A stretch of DNA of 60,692 bases, filler included, from Sluysia triapertura (GCA_046118255.1; 4 parts of 4 records of this genome joined end to end with filler, not necessarily neighbours in it); one strand, 5' to 3'; positions 36,525 to 51,748 are shown, numbered from the whole stretch's first letter. Translations and numbers: made by a program. The notes: generated from the letters alone by a model not told the origin.

Positions 36525-39500
36525 TGATACAGTCGAAACTGTGCAACTAAACTAAGGGTCAGTAGTACCTACATAATTAAATAAAACTCTTAAAGACCTA
36601 ATTTATTCTTCTTTATACGATCAGATTGCTCTTAAATGGTCCAAAGAGGCACATAATTTAAAAATAATGGAATAACTATATAAAGCTTTTTTGATACTTA
36701 TTAGATATGTTAAAAATACGTTTATTCTATTTAAACGTGGATGACGGGGAAATATTATGTTAAATATTAGACCAAAAACCACATGAAACAATGTATGACC
36801 TTGCTTGAGCATTTAGTGGAATAGTGAAAATTCCTGATAATAAAAAATAAATAACTTTAATAGACACAATTAAAAATGGGTTAGGTCCCAAATTAAGAAA
36901 TTATATTAGTTTAATAGGTTATCGGTAATTTAAAAAAATAGTTAAGTTAAGTGGCATCGAGAGATTTTGAGCCGAAGAAAAAGTTGAAGTAGACATAAAG
37001 GTTATAGTGTAAAACTAAAGTATTATCGAGGAATTAAGATAAAACGTTACGACGAATTGTGTTAATGGAATAAGTTTATAAAATATTAAAATTAAAATAA
37101 AAGAAAGAATGCTTCATAAAGCTTTACTTGTTAAAATATAAAAGTAGACTTATTATTAATTTAATTAAAAATTGTTTAATTTAATAATTTCATGAAAAAT
37201 GTCTGCACATTATAAAATAACATTAGAATTAATGTGTAATGTTGAATTTTATTAGTATTCCTAATAGTGAAATGTTACTAAGCACGTTTACACAGATAAC
37301 GTAAAAATTAGTTATTTTAATTAGTTTTTATAATCTGAAATTAAATTTATATAAGTTGTAATACAAAGTTGTAGGTATAATTAAAGTATATATTAAATTG
37401 ATGCTCACGAAGATATCAACTTAAATATGTTCTTCAAATCGATGTGCATCGTGCGGTGACGCATCACGTATTGTACAAGAAACTTCTATAAAAAGAAATT
37501 TGGTATTTGATTAGTTTTACTAATTTTAAGCTGACATAAATATTAAAATAGTTATTAAAATAATAAATATCAAAATATTAGTGTAATAATGATATTAAAT
37601 TTTGATTAAATATTATGTTGACAAAGGAATTGTTCATCAAATTGGGTAATTGCAGGAGACAATAAAATTGGAAATAGACGGAAATTAATGTTGAAATTTA
37701 ATTATTGAATTTTGTCAGCTATGATCAACTAAAAGAAATAAATAATTATGTCATGTAATTATTTCCATTTTCAATTTTTAATCTCCTAAGCAATTATCCA
37801 ACTGTTACATAAATGATCGCTGATACTACTTAAAGATAGCTGAACAAGAAATAAAACATTGAATATAGAACTTTATTTCCATTAAGAGAGCATCCTTAAC
37901 ACATTGTGATAAACATTATGATTGAGGACTTATCTTTAGTAAGCATTATAAACAATATTTTTATTGTTACAGTTAGTGACTTGTGTTTTTATTATTTTAC
38001 TTTTATTAAATACGGGTGTCAACATTTATGGTGTAATGTCAACCACGGAAACTTTTAATTGAATAATTGTATACAGATAGTAATTTATAATTCTGAATTT
38101 ATACATTGTTTTTAAAGAATAATTGGTAATTTTGTTATTTCTGTTATATATTTAAAATATATAAAGATTAAGAGTTACTTTAATCTAATATTTGAGTTTA
38201 CGTTGAATATTATGAATAAAGACAACATTTATATAAATATTAATAGTTTTAAAAGGTATAAAAGCCTAGAATGTAAATCTCCTAAATATAAAAATATTCT
38301 TTAAATAATAATAATTATGAGAGGAACAATTACTATAATCCGGGAGGTGAAATACAAGAGAATTCGAAAGAGGCTATTAAAACAACGTTGGTTATGAACA
38401 AAGATAATTATCTGGATGGCCAAATAGTACAAGTAAGAGTCTAAACAGAGCGAACAATTATAATAATAATTATAAAAGAAGTAATAACTACAAAATACAT
38501 ACCAATTATTTTAGATATTCAAAGTATAATTTATCACATAAATTCACAAATTTTGCGAAATACAAGAAAATATTTTCAAATGTGAAGGAGGTTAGACCAT
38601 TTCATTAAAGATAATGAAACAAATATAATAGTAACCACAAAGATAATAACCATTATGTTATGTGTAAAATATTATTATTAAGTGTTTATGTGTAGATATT
38701 ATTATTATGCGTAAAACTGTGAAATATTATTTATTTTGTAAAATATTAATTTATTAAGTAATGTGTGTAAGTTTTAAAATAATATGAAATTATTTTATTT
38801 TATATTTTAATGTAAAAAATATTAAAATAATAAAAAATTAATTTACTTTAAATAGTTGTTATTATTATTATTAACATTATTACTGAATATTATTGATTTT
38901 TGTTGCTAATAATAGACTTTCACACGAAATTAAATAACTATAAATACGCAAAACTTGTAACATTAATTCATTAACAATAACTTAAACCGCCAAGTGTTGA
39001 TTTTAAATTTTTATAACAATTCAAACTGATCATCAGTATAGATATTATTGGTAAACTAATTTTTTAATTTCCAAAAGGACAAAGGAAAATTTTACAAAAA
39101 ATAAAACACGAGAAGATTATCGAAAACTCGTTAGTTATATGTTTTAAAGATTCTTTTAAAAAATTAAACATAAAATACTACGTACAATAATTTAACTTTA
39201 GTATTTATTTAATAAAATACAGATATAATGTTTTAATAAATTTATTCTGAATACAATTACCCTTTGTGATAATTTATTAAAATACTAATACTTAGATTAT
39301 ATAAATTCAAAAATTTATTTTTAAAAATTATAAAGAACAATGTTAGGATAAAACGTATAACACTATTGACATTGAATTTGCTAAAAATTTATTGAAAATA
39401 TTTTGCCATTTAAATTTGTGTGAAGTATATCATCCTGTACTATACTAAAAACGTATTATATTTATTCCAATATTAAAGCTTTTGTTAAATAAATTTATTC

Positions 39501-42500
39501 ATTGTTAGCATACTTTATTTTACCAGTAGTCTTACGTCAATGTATTAAATTACATAGTTATAAATTTAATTTAAATATAGTAAATTGAAGATATTTTTAG
39601 TAATATGAAATATTGTTTCAGATCTTTATACATTGGATTTTATTTAAAATGTACCAAAAGTTAAACTCGCTAAAAAGCGGATCCGCAAACACGCAAAAAA
39701 TTATTTTCTTATTGACCTCCATAAAACTTTCTTTATCATCTTTCGCTGACACCTATGAGTTGGCCCTTAATTTTGAGTTCCAACATCATTGGAGACTTAC
39801 AATATAATTTTAAAAGCAAAAGTTAAAACTTAAAAGTTTTCACAATTATAAGTTAATAAGTAAGCGAATTAATAAGATTAATTAAAGAAAAACTTAAAAT
39901 AATTTTAACAAACATTATATTCTAATGCGATAAATCAAAATTACTAACAACCGAAAAGATAGACAATATTATAGAATTTATAGATGAAAAAAATTATAAT
40001 TTGAGGAAATATAATGAAAGAGAAAGACAGTGAAAACTTTGGTGAACCGCTCAGTATTCTTTCAAATTAAACACATTAAACAAATTAAACACATTAATCA
40101 CAGCAATTCAAAATTAAGAAATTCAATAAGTAACACGCTTTTTGTAATATTACTAGCTATGTTTGGTATAAAATCTTTTGATTGTGTCCAGCCACAGATC
40201 GGTAGAAAACTTTATGTATTAGATACCGAAGACTGCCAATTAAAACCATTCAATACTTGAAACCAATTTATTCTTTTCAGCTGGTATAATGGATGATTAA
40301 GATGTATTTCTTTCAATCTGCAATGAATATTGTCAGCCATCGAGCATCTATTGATTGCCTATTCGTACACAAACTGTCGCTTAAATTCAAATGTACAATT
40401 AAAATTTGGTGTCGCATTATGAATAATAAATTGTTGGTTGATAAAATCTTTGCCCCAATATAAAAACGCCATCGCTACTGCAACACGTAAATCGAATGAC
40501 AAATTAGTAACAAAATGTAATTAAAATCTTTAAAAGCTTTTAACATGGCATAATATGCATCTATTCAGGATTATCATTATTATGTTGAAAGCAATCACCA
40601 TCATCTACGAGATAATAAAAATAAACCACTTCACTAAAATTCAGTTTTAACTTATCTTGAATAATAGATGTTGCAATAGACGTTTGTACTTCGGTGGCAT
40701 CTAATTCCCCAAAATTTAAATCTATTAAACTATTAAATAAAAGTTTGTGATCACCTAAATTTATTTTCTTATTTTCATATAAATATTTAAATATTTATTA
40801 AACATGTCGAAATTATCACTCAAAACACGTTCATCTATAATAAATGAATTATCTAAGAGGAGTTCATTATTTCATTTATTTGTACTCGGTGAAAATCTGT
40901 TTAAAATTTTAAATTCTGAGAAGTCTTAGCGTTATCTTGAAATCTTGAAAAGCAGCACTAGACATAACATAATAATTACATTGATTTTGTTCCGATAGAG
41001 TTTTAAATAAAACTGTAAAGGTTTAAATATTGTAAATGTTTAAATATTTTAGTTTTATTTTTACAAATATTGTACAAATTATAAAATATTATTAAACTTT
41101 ATTAAGAATTTTATTATTTAAAAAATTATTATTTAAATTATACTAAAATCAAAATTATTACTCAATTATTTTAAAATATTATACAAAAGAAGGTTCTGGA
41201 AATAATTTTGTTTCATTAAAATAAAAATTTTAAAAATGTCTTTGTCTATATAAAGACATACAAAGAAACTAGAAGTCACAATTACGAATAAAGAAAGCTG
41301 CCATTATTCAAAATAAAGAAATCTTTATAATACAAATCATTAATCAGAAGACGCCATTTTTGTCATAACGTGAAACCATCATCAGCTTGTTAGTACATTC
41401 CATATTCCGCCGACTCTTCGATTCAACTTCTACATTATCGCTTGAATTCCGCACACACGATTAGAGGGATAGCGATTTCCGAACATCGATATCACAACAG
41501 ATCAAGTTCTATTCGACAAATTATTTCCAGAAGCAGAGCTCCGATTTTTCTTATTAATTAAATCAGTAAGTTGGTTTTACATAGTTGAAATACTCAATTG
41601 TTGAGTTAGAATTTAGACGCAAATTACTGTTTTTCACGGTTGGCCATTAAGGCCAGTCATAAAGTCAAACTAAAATATAAAATCTCAAATCTTCAGTTGG
41701 CATTAAGGTCAATTATAGATATTTTGGCTAGACACTTATAATTTAAATATTATCTTCATTATAATTTTATAATTTTATTGTATTATTAATAATCATAATT
41801 GTCTATTTTGCTAATTTCTAACCACTTTTATCTTATTTTTGTGTAATAAAAATATTAGAATAATTTTGAGTTCCTTTTGTTATAGTTGTCTTAATATAAA
41901 CGTATAATCTAAATTGAATTTATAGTCATTTTACTTTACGAAATAATTCATAATTAATATTTTTTGCATCAAAAAATTACGTTGATTTCGATATTATTTC
42001 ATTAACTTTTAACAAGAATTAGAAAATTCTACGGTTATTATATTAGGATTTGGAGATATAAAAACATAACATTTTTATACCATTATTCTTCATTTGATTT
42101 TTATAATAATTTAGATATTCCATAAGCTAGCGTTGGTCTTAATCAGTTTTTTAAGTTATTTATTGTTAGTTGACATAGACTACAAAGTTTGCCTGCTATT
42201 GTTCAGTTAAGGCAAAAAATATTTTTGTACGATTAATTTCGATAATTGTTTTTCACGTAATTTTACAGGTACGCCATTAGTAAGTCATATACTGTAAATG
42301 AACTCAGAATAATAATTTATTTTGATGTAGGTTAGGTTTTTAAATTAAGACAAACATTCAGCATGCTTTTAAGAACTCATCAATTTCAACTAAAACAATA
42401 TAGTGATTTTGCTCATCAAAACTCTATTCAAAATTAAAATTTGTTCACTGATCATGATATAATTTAAAAATTCTTTACATACCTGAGCATGTTCACTAAA

Positions 42501-42731
42501 AAGTAAATTTAAAATTTAAAACCTATTAGCGATTTTAATTTTTTTATTTAAACAAACATAATTATAATAAAATAATGATAATAAATTTATCTCATACATT
42601 TAGAAAAATAATAAAATAAAACTTCATGAAAATATAAAATTACATAATATAAATATTCGTATACATATATAATAATAGTATTTAGTAAGCAGTAGTTAAG
42701 TAATTTATAAATAAGTTTCTGGCTTATTCAA

Positions 42732-43029
42732 TGTTAGACGTATATGCTTCTTATATTTCTCGATTAATTTGTTGCCTGAGTTGATTTTTATCTTTCTGAA
42801 ACTGTTCCAGATTATCTTGAGCTGTTTGTTCAAGTTCTTTCTTATTTTTACTGTATACTCGATACTGTTGTGATTTTTCTAACACTTAACCTACGGCAAA
42901 ATATTTTTAACAGAGTTCGGTTACAGTAAGCGACTTACAACGTATCGTTGGCATTTCTGTAACTAATAAGTTAAAAATCACTTTAAAATAACGTCTTTGT
43001 CTAATAAATTAAATGAGGAGGGTCTTACA
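42732..43029 (+). repeat. Candidate solo LTR (TG...CA)
   Basis: TGTTAG...GGGTCTTACA; 3' half homologous to 14843-14980. Confidence 0.45.
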
Positions 43030-43229
43030 ACTACTAAATAATTTAATTTTTAATTCAATAATTTCTTAATTAAATATTGCAAAATATCTAACTCGTTTAT
43101 TAAAAAATATACAAAAATGCTAAAAAACATAGAGTAGTAGATTATGAGAATAAGATGAGATAATCAATTTTAAAGATTAAAGCTCCGAGAGCGTTTAATC
43201 TGATTCTGGTGAAGTTTAAGTAAAGTTTA

Positions 43230-43694
43230 CCCCTCAATATATCGGGGACTTAAAAATTTTATAAATTAATGTAAAATTCAAGTTGATTTTATGATTTTAA
43301 CTTCAAAAGTTAACTTAATAAATACGTAATTTACCAAAATTTGATAGAAATTCCACAATTTTATTGCCGGATAACTGGTAATTGTGAATTATTAATTTCA
43401 CAATTATCTTATGAAATTACCAAATAACTGTAAATATCAAGATGGCGACGATAAAATGGTGATTTTCATTGTAAGATAATAGTTTATAAACTAGCCATCA
43501 TCCAATGAAAATCAATGGAATATACTAAGACATTCTGGGTGCTTCTAACCTATTTTTAGAAATTTTATTTTCTCTCTTGGAAAAAAAATTTCTTTTTTGG
43601 AAAATAATTGTTTTTTAAGTAATTTTAAAAATTAATAAATGATTTTAAGGTGTCATTTTAAATTTATTTTATAGGGTTGTCATGACAACCTAAC
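43230..43694 (+). mobile_element. Repeat family H, copy 4
   Basis: CCCCTCAATATATCGGGGACT start; perfect 16-bp palindrome GGTTGTCATGACAACC (43675-43690) then TAAC. Confidence 0.8.
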
Positions 43695-44683
43695 ATTACA
43701 ATTCAAAACTAGTGATAAACGAAACACAATATGTTTACGAAAAAGAACATCAATATTTCAATAATGATTACGACGATCTACCATAGGTAATCGATGAATA
43801 AGATCTTCTACGTTTGATGAAACGTGACCCCAGTAAAAGGAGTAATAACCGAAATTACCACTTCTGGTCATCTCAAATAATTGATATTTATCTCGATTTG
43901 GACTCAGAAAGGTGAGAACCCAGACAGTAATATATACATGATTATATAATTTCATTATCCATTATATTGAAATTGAATTCCCAAAAACATTAATTCTTTT
44001 TATTCTCATTTATCAAATATTAAAATATTTCAAATAAAATAATAATCAATGATAATTAATAATATTAATAATATGATTTTAACAATAATAAAACAATGTA
44101 ATTAAAACAACTTATGGTGCAATTAAAATTTTTTAAAGTTATTAAATTTATGGAGTAATTTTTTAGGGTAAAAAATTATGCATAAATATATAATTAAACA
44201 AGTATCAAACAAACCGTTTCATAAGAGAAAATTTAATAATTTTTATAATAGGAAAGATTTTTTAAATGATTTCAGAAAGATTACAAATATCTAGGGGAAT
44301 CCGATTAATTATTTCAAGAATTGAGAAACTACAGATAGCCCAAAAATTATAGAAAATAGTGATTAAACATTCACTTTAGAATAAATTACATAATATCTGA
44401 AATGGAATATCATTACTTTGTAATGTTGAATTTAAATGCACTTAAATTAAATAATTTTTGAAACTCTAAATCAATATGTTTAAAGATTTAAAATTATATT
44501 TAAGTATTTAAATTTTGTTTCACTATCTATTATTCTCGATCTAATCTCAGATTCGATTCATGCGTATTGTCAATAAATATTTAATGTATTATTCAAAGAA
44601 TTTATTGTTTGTAATCCCATCTAAAATCTTTCGGTTTTGCACTCCAATTTAAAAATGTGTAAAATATCAGGGAGAAAATTAAC

Positions 44684-45260
44684 TGTAGTGGCCGACCTTG
44701 ATAACCACTAAAACTTTATTAAAAACTAACATCCTTTCCTTCCCTTTTCATTGCATCTCAACAGCCATACATCCATTTATTACATACTCTTTAAAATCAA
44801 TTTATATTCACAATTCCACAACATCTAAATCACAGTTACACACAACACTACCAATTTAAATTAACCAATCCATCAAAAACATGTACTTGACAATCATAAT
44901 AACCCAATAACAAACACATTCGAAATAATCTATTCAATACTTTCGAACCCTTTATTTTACACTACTTTATACCTAATGATACCTAATATTTAATAATATT
45001 TATTCAATAGCTTATTTGCTTAAACCAAATCACAATCATAAACTCTTAATACATAAACATTTAATACCATTCCGCAACACTAATAAATCTACTTGAAACG
45101 CATAAGATACCTACTTCACATCTTCGAATCAATTACAACGTCCCAAATGCACTATTCACCTATGCATAATCATCATCAACACAGTACAACACACCAAAAC
45201 ATCAAACAAATTAACTACACAAAATATAGCATAATAACATCTTAAATATACAAAGAGTCG
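44684..45260 (+). repeat. G-poor LTR-like repeat
   Basis: Starts TGTAGTGGCCGACC; extreme C-over-G skew. Right end approximate. Confidence 0.45.
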
Positions 45261-45942
45261 TAATGCAATTGTTCTTTTAGATTCATTAAATTACAACCCT
45301 CTCAATAAGCCTTTTAACAATTATATTTCAATACATAAATCTTGTTTTCAAATATAAACTTCAATCGATATTAAGTTTGGTTTCCGTAAATTTGTAGTTA
45401 TATCAGTTATTCTTTATTCTTATCTAAATATAATTTTATTAATAAGCCTTTTCGAATGATTTAACTAAGGGATAGTAAGGTTGAATAGTTGAACAGATAC
45501 GAGTTAAAAGAACTCATGAATCGATAATTTAAATTTAGAATTAAAAACCATTTGATATTATTTTAGTTGCTGTTTTTATAGTTTACGAACGTTAATTTGT
45601 AAGTCGAGCAAAACCATCAAAAGTTGACACTTATAGATCATTTCATCATAAAAAGTAAAGCAATAATCTATTAATCTTTATTGAAATTCCATAGAATGAG
45701 TTAAATTAATACACTTTTTGTTCATATATGTATTAACTTAACTCATATATGTATTAATTTAATGTTTCTACAATATAATTCCATTTAATAAAAATCTTTA
45801 AATTTTTAAATATTTCCGAAAATGATATAATAAACAAGGTAAACTAAAAATATTGTTTAATGAAATATTTTGTTAAATAATCTAAAACGATTTGTATAAA
45901 CCCATATTTTAAAAATAAAATCTGACAAAATATTACAAATAA

Positions 45943-46317
45943 TCATTTAATTTTATATTGAATAGTTCCATTTTCATTGACAGCCAACTGACATTTGCCA
46001 TCTGGAAGATGTGACGTTGATGTTTCATTAAAGTAATCACAACAATACATTTGACAAAATGGTGATAAATCATTACCACGAGAATTTAATTGGCGCTTGC
46101 AAAGGTTAACATATGATTCTACTGAATTATCACGATTAAATCGATTATTAGTATCATTTGTATCCTTAATAAGAATAGGTATTGTTTTGAGAATTTTTGA
46201 TTTTAATGATTTTTCATTACGTTCAGCCATAAATTCTATCCAACAAAAATTCACCATCCCATTATAAGTCTCTTCAATCCGAATTAACTGTGACGCAGAT
46301 GCGATAGATGAAGACAT
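45943..46317 (-). CDS. Hypothetical Cys-containing protein or terminal exon
   Basis: 124-aa open frame with coding-like composition, preceded by a pyrimidine tract and TACAG|A-ATG; no family recognised. Confidence 0.45.
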   Translation of the reverse strand: MSSSIASASQLIRIEETYNGMVNFCWIEFMAERNEKSLKSKILKTIPILIKDTNDTNNRFNRDNSVESYVNLCKRQLNSRGNDLSPFCQMYCCDYFNETSTSHLPDGKCQLAVNENGTIQYKIK

Positions 46318-47934
46318 TCTGTACAAAAGTTAAAAAGTAAAAAATAGTTAAAGTAGATGTTTATAATATACAGTTATTCAAAACATACATATTATGTAGC
46401 ATATATTCATAAAAGTAACTTATTTTAACACACTGTCATGATAAATGAGGAATATAAATAAATGCTATTTATTATTACTATTATTATTGTGTGCTTAACA
46501 ATCATAGTGAATTATTCAAAACAATTAAATGAATATATGAATATTTTATGGCACACAAATTCAGTATGATATATAAAATTTTAACGTGCATTGGTTTATG
46601 ATACAATTTTTCTATTGATATATCTGTAAAAAAGTTAATTATCTAACTTTCACTTTTATTAGTGCGTTACTATTCATATTACTTATGATATATATTATTA
46701 CTTTTGTTTTAAACAATTAAAATCATCTTGACATAATTAAATGTCAAACAAAGAAAATTGAAAGCATTTTGATTAAATTGGATTGGTTGATTTAGAAGTA
46801 GCTCTTTTCACTAATCTAATATTATTATTGTCATTATTTTATTCTAATAAAAATAATATGATTTTTCGGATTATATCTTATGATTTACTTTATAATGCTC
46901 CTAATATGATTATTGATCTAATGATGTGAATTCACTTAAATAATTAACCTACAATAATAAATGTATATGATTGTTCACAGAATTTTGGTAAAATAATTTT
47001 GTTGCAGAAAGATTATAGAGGTCAACTTATATCTATTTAATATGAGTATATCTGTTAAAAGTAAGAAAGATTTAAATATTAACTTATTCTTGAATCGGTT
47101 GGGTCTGAATCTCGGATTCATTGGTTTCTCATATTCACGAGATTAAATTACAAAATGATTTAGTCCTTTCTTAATGTAGGACTTGAAAAATATAAGTTTA
47201 TGAACCTTTTTCAACTGGTTCAACAAAAATATGTGTATCGATGGATTTTGTGAGATTAAAACTATATAATTTATAGTTTTGTCTTTTAAAATAGGACTTG
47301 CAAAGAAAACGCTATGAATACAAATTAGTTACAAATAATTAGTATTTTTTACAACTAAAAAATTTATTAAAATCTGTTTAAGATTATATATAAATAAAAA
47401 TTTTATAAATAATAATAAAAATAAAGATTTTCTAGGAATAACTCAATAATATTTAATTCGAATTATTAAAAATTTATTACCGATTTATTGGCTTTTTTAA
47501 AATAGCCTTTGAAAATGAAAATAAAAGTTTTCTTAGATTTTAAGCACTGTTTAAACTGTGCAGAAACTTATTTAAGAAAAAACTGACGTTACTTTTAATG
47601 TTAATTTTAAAATTTATTTGGATCAGTGTAGTTTTTTGTTTTGAATTCCGTAAATCACCGTGCTCGAGAAAAATGACGCGTTTGGATATTAATATTTCGA
47701 GAATGAAGTTATTAGACCTATGCCGTGACAAATAACTTATTGGTAGAGATATTTCATGCATGTGAAGATAGTTCCAAAATTTATCCTTTTATTAATGTAA
47801 TATTTGTACTTTTGTTTGAACTTTTAAAAATAATAGAGTTATTAATATGCAAATTTATTATAATTTTAACTACGTCTTTTTAACAAGTGAGTCAGAAAAT
47901 TTTAAGGCTGAAGCCTTCTATTTTAAAAATACTA

Positions 47935-47935
<1 letters not shown>

Positions 47936-48003
<68 letters not shown>
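47936..48003. repeat. (TTA)n microsatellite
   Basis: Perfect run ending at a gap. Confidence 0.9.
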
Positions 48004-48129
48004 NNNNNNNNNNNNNNNNNNNNNNNNNNNNNNNNNNNNNNNNNNNNTTAATTAATTAANNNNNNNNNNNNNNNNNNNNNNNNNNNNNNNNNNNNNNNNN
48101 NNNTATTAATTTTTATTATATAATTTTAG

Positions 48130-48643
48130 ATTGACTTCACCATCTTCTCTTCGTTTCACTCTTTGTTCTATCTGTAGACGTTCTATCCATCGATACTACG
48201 CTTTAACTACCCCTTGTAAACATAGATTCCATTTTCATTGTCTCTATTTTTTATTCGAATCTGCCCCAAACCCCTTTCCCTCTTGTCCCATGTGTTGCAC
48301 ATTAATTAAGGAGTGTGAAATATATTATAAAAAGGTATTTCGTCGATCATACGAATTTAATATCAACTATATTTCACAAAACTCATCTACTATTGCACAA
48401 TTTGGACTTTATGAAGATTTTACAGTCGATATTTTTCGACCCGACATTAACACTAAAGTTTCTATCTTGTATAACGTTTTTAAGGTTCCTAAACCTAATT
48501 ACCCACAGGGACTAACAAAGTCCCAGAAACGTAATTATCGTAGGCGACAACTAAGAAAATTTTATAGAACTAATAAACATCTAACAATCCTTTTATTAAA
48601 AAAGAGAAAACATAATGATAACTACCCAGTAAATATTATTTAA
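48130..48643 (+). CDS. RING-H2 finger protein, 5'-incomplete exon
   Basis: CSIC-x13-CKHRFHFHC-x14-CPMC; follows a TTTTAG acceptor just after a gap; basic C-terminus. Confidence 0.7.
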
Positions 48644-48929
48644 TCTCAATATTGACCTTATAAATAATATTATTTTATTATAGTGCTCGGACACATAAAT
48701 AAAAACTTTACTTCTGCACAATTTTTTGTGTCCTCCTTTTTCTTCCTTTTTATGATTATATTCTATTAGCAGAATCGCAGTCCTCAAAACTAAATCCACA
48801 CTATCAGCCTGATTAGTCGGACGGACTCCAGATCTATTTTGCATAAGAGGAAATATCTTGCATAAGGATGTTCATAAATTATTACGTTTATCAATAAAAA
48901 TAATGCTTAATCACCAATTCGTATATTTT

Positions 48930-49607
48930 TCTTATTATATATTCATTAACTACGTAATTGCGTTATATTAATTTTTACGCAATTGAATTGAATTTGTGAA
49001 CATTTTTGTTGCATGAAATGAACGATCCATTTGCCTTTTCATCTTAACAAATGAGGTAATAGCGTACAATTCCATCACTAGGACATAATAAATTTGGAGA
49101 TATTAAATAGATGCGAACAAAAATATTACTTATCCAAGGTTTTATTTCATTATCCTTGAAAACTATACTTACTAATCAAAAGTGTTATAATCATTTACAT
49201 AATTACCAAACTCTTGTTAAGTCAAATTTTTCATTTTATGTACTTAATGAATTAATTAAACATTATAAAACATAATTAAGCATAATTAAAATTTAACACC
49301 AACCTGATAAAATTGTTTGGTAAACCACTTATAGTCTGACAAAATATAATAACTTATTGTTGCTAACTCTTCTAAAATTTCTTTATCCGATTTTCTTTTG
49401 AATAATTCCGAACAAACTTGATTATATTTAATAGCAGTGCTTTTTAATTTCGAAAATACCTATATTCACAATAATAAAACAATAAAATACCAAATTTTTC
49501 GACGAGGTTGAGCATAACTCTTTAATATCTTCTAAAATATTCTAAATAAATGTAAAACACAATAGAATAAAAACTTCATTTAGATTTAAATTTGGTAATG
49601 TTGACAT
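48930..49607 (-). pseudogene. Micro-intron gene with decayed, possibly SH2-like 3' part
   Basis: Exons 49607-49575, 49541-49491 and 49459-49304 splice in frame across 33- and 31-nt introns and end DYKWFTKQFYQ; downstream DGIVRYYLI..SFIS..FNSIA*KLI contains stops. Confidence 0.5.
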
Positions 49608-51748
49608 TCCAAACTAATAAACGTGTTATTATATAAAACTACAAATATATAAATATATAAAATATATAAATATATAAAATATATAAATATAACTACTGAT
49701 AATTTTTAGTTATTAATACTTCCGTTTTAATTTATGAAACTATATATACTAAAATTATACATTCATTAAAATTAAGTGATTTCAGAAAATCACATATAAA
49801 AAAGGTTTATAAAATAACGATTCATTAATATATTTAAAATGTGCATCCATAAAACTTTAAAATGTGGTTATTAAAAATTGTATTCAATGAATCTTAGGTT
49901 TATATTGATAAAGTAATCTTTAAAAATATAGCAAAACAATTGTGAAATTAATTTAAAATGCTGTTTGAAATTACAAGATTTTTTAATACTTTTAAATCAA
50001 TAAATATTTAAATATTTTTTTAGACATTGCTAAGTAACATATATTTTCTTTATATAGTATTATTAAATTGACATTAAATTTATGTGCTAAATTAATGATT
50101 TTAATGGATTTATATATACATATTATGTATGAAAGTACAATAAATTGGATTATATTTTTTCAGTTTTTTATAAAATTTATTATTAAATTACATAATTACA
50201 GTTAATTTTACTATATTTTTAATATATTTTTGTATGGATGTCAAGCGAGTAAAGTTAATGTTTGTATAAATTTTTTTAGATAATATCAAGTGCTATAAAA
50301 GAAAAAAAAATATGCGTTCGTCTTAAATTTATTTTATTATTTTAAACTATAATTCACAACGTATTTTTATTTTAAAATTTAATTTCCTACTGATCGACAA
50401 TTGTTTTTAATTTTATTTTCTTAGATATGGTTGCGTCATCGTTACATGAATGAATTTGGCTGATGATTTCAAAAATTTTAGAAAATCTGTAACCATAATA
50501 AATCAAACAAATTTTAGGTTATTAAATCAAAAGTCTAAGCTCCAGGTATAAAATCATTTCAAATGTATAGTCTTGAGTCTTTTAATTACTTTAGTATATA
50601 AGCTAAAATGAGATATAAAAATTGACGTGATATTACTCAATAAAGTTTGATGGAGTTGAGTATTCTCCTGATTAATTAAAGTACTTTAACCAACATACCA
50701 ACACATAAAATGATTTTTCTATCTGACAAAAAACTGTTTTCAATTTCAACTGTGATTATAGAACTAAATTCAAAACATCTCTGAAAAATGGAAGATAACA
50801 CGTATGCTTCGGAAAATAAATATGGTGAACACTAGAAAATTTTCAACGTAATACTTGAAAATTCGAATATTCGTCTTTTTACGATACCTCTAATTTCGGC
50901 AAAACTTCCTAGAATCACACGTATATTATCTATGAGGTATTCCTTTATCTTTAAACCATTATATTGATCAAAATACAATTTTTAAATAAAAATAAAGTTA
51001 TTGAATTTAGACATTGGTATGGATAAGATTGCCTTTATTAATAAACTTTAAAAAATTTTTAAACTAAATTAATGTAAACAATAAAAGTTAATTTTATAAT
51101 AAATTAAAATGCAATATAATTGATACTTATTGAGTAAAAAGGTGTGTATCAGAAGAAAGTAACTAAATCTGATGGTTAAATAGTGAGTGATAATTATGTA
51201 ATTAATCATGAAATCAGTAATATAAACTATAGAAATTTAATTTCCACAAGCATTTCTAAACATAAAATTATATTACATCCAATCTTATTTTTAAAATGTA
51301 AAATTATACAAAAAGTTAACATGCTTATACAAAAGTATAAAAGTACTTAAAAGTATCTAAAAACTTAAAAAGCACACTTAAACTTTGAAGTAAATAAAAT
51401 AGTATGATAAGAATCTACCACGCTTAATTAGCCAAATAAAAGCTGCGCGTGGCGGTTCAAACCTATCATTTAAAATTTCATTCAAGACAAAACACTCAAA
51501 ATATTAAGCATTTATACAAATATATATGTATTTGTACACCAACATAATTTTTAAAAACTTAAAATTAGACAGTTTTTATAAACTTCTATAAAAAACTCAA
51601 TTTTCTCCAATTTATCATATTTATTTTTTTTCTTTTAACTTGCACCTCATTTCATTTAACACTTACGCCAACAGGAATTTCACCTATATCTTCCACTTTG
51701 AAATTTTTACACTATATTAAAGAAGTATTCATTAAATAAAATCGGTTA

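Noticed and set aside
43758-43955. 65-aa minus ORF, vaguely like a gypsy RT end
   Set aside because: Only a weak NRDK..GHVSS resemblance.
50424-50970. Possible spliced gene or upstream RGS exons
   Set aside because: Splice-like sites exist, but no open, recognisable product could be assembled.
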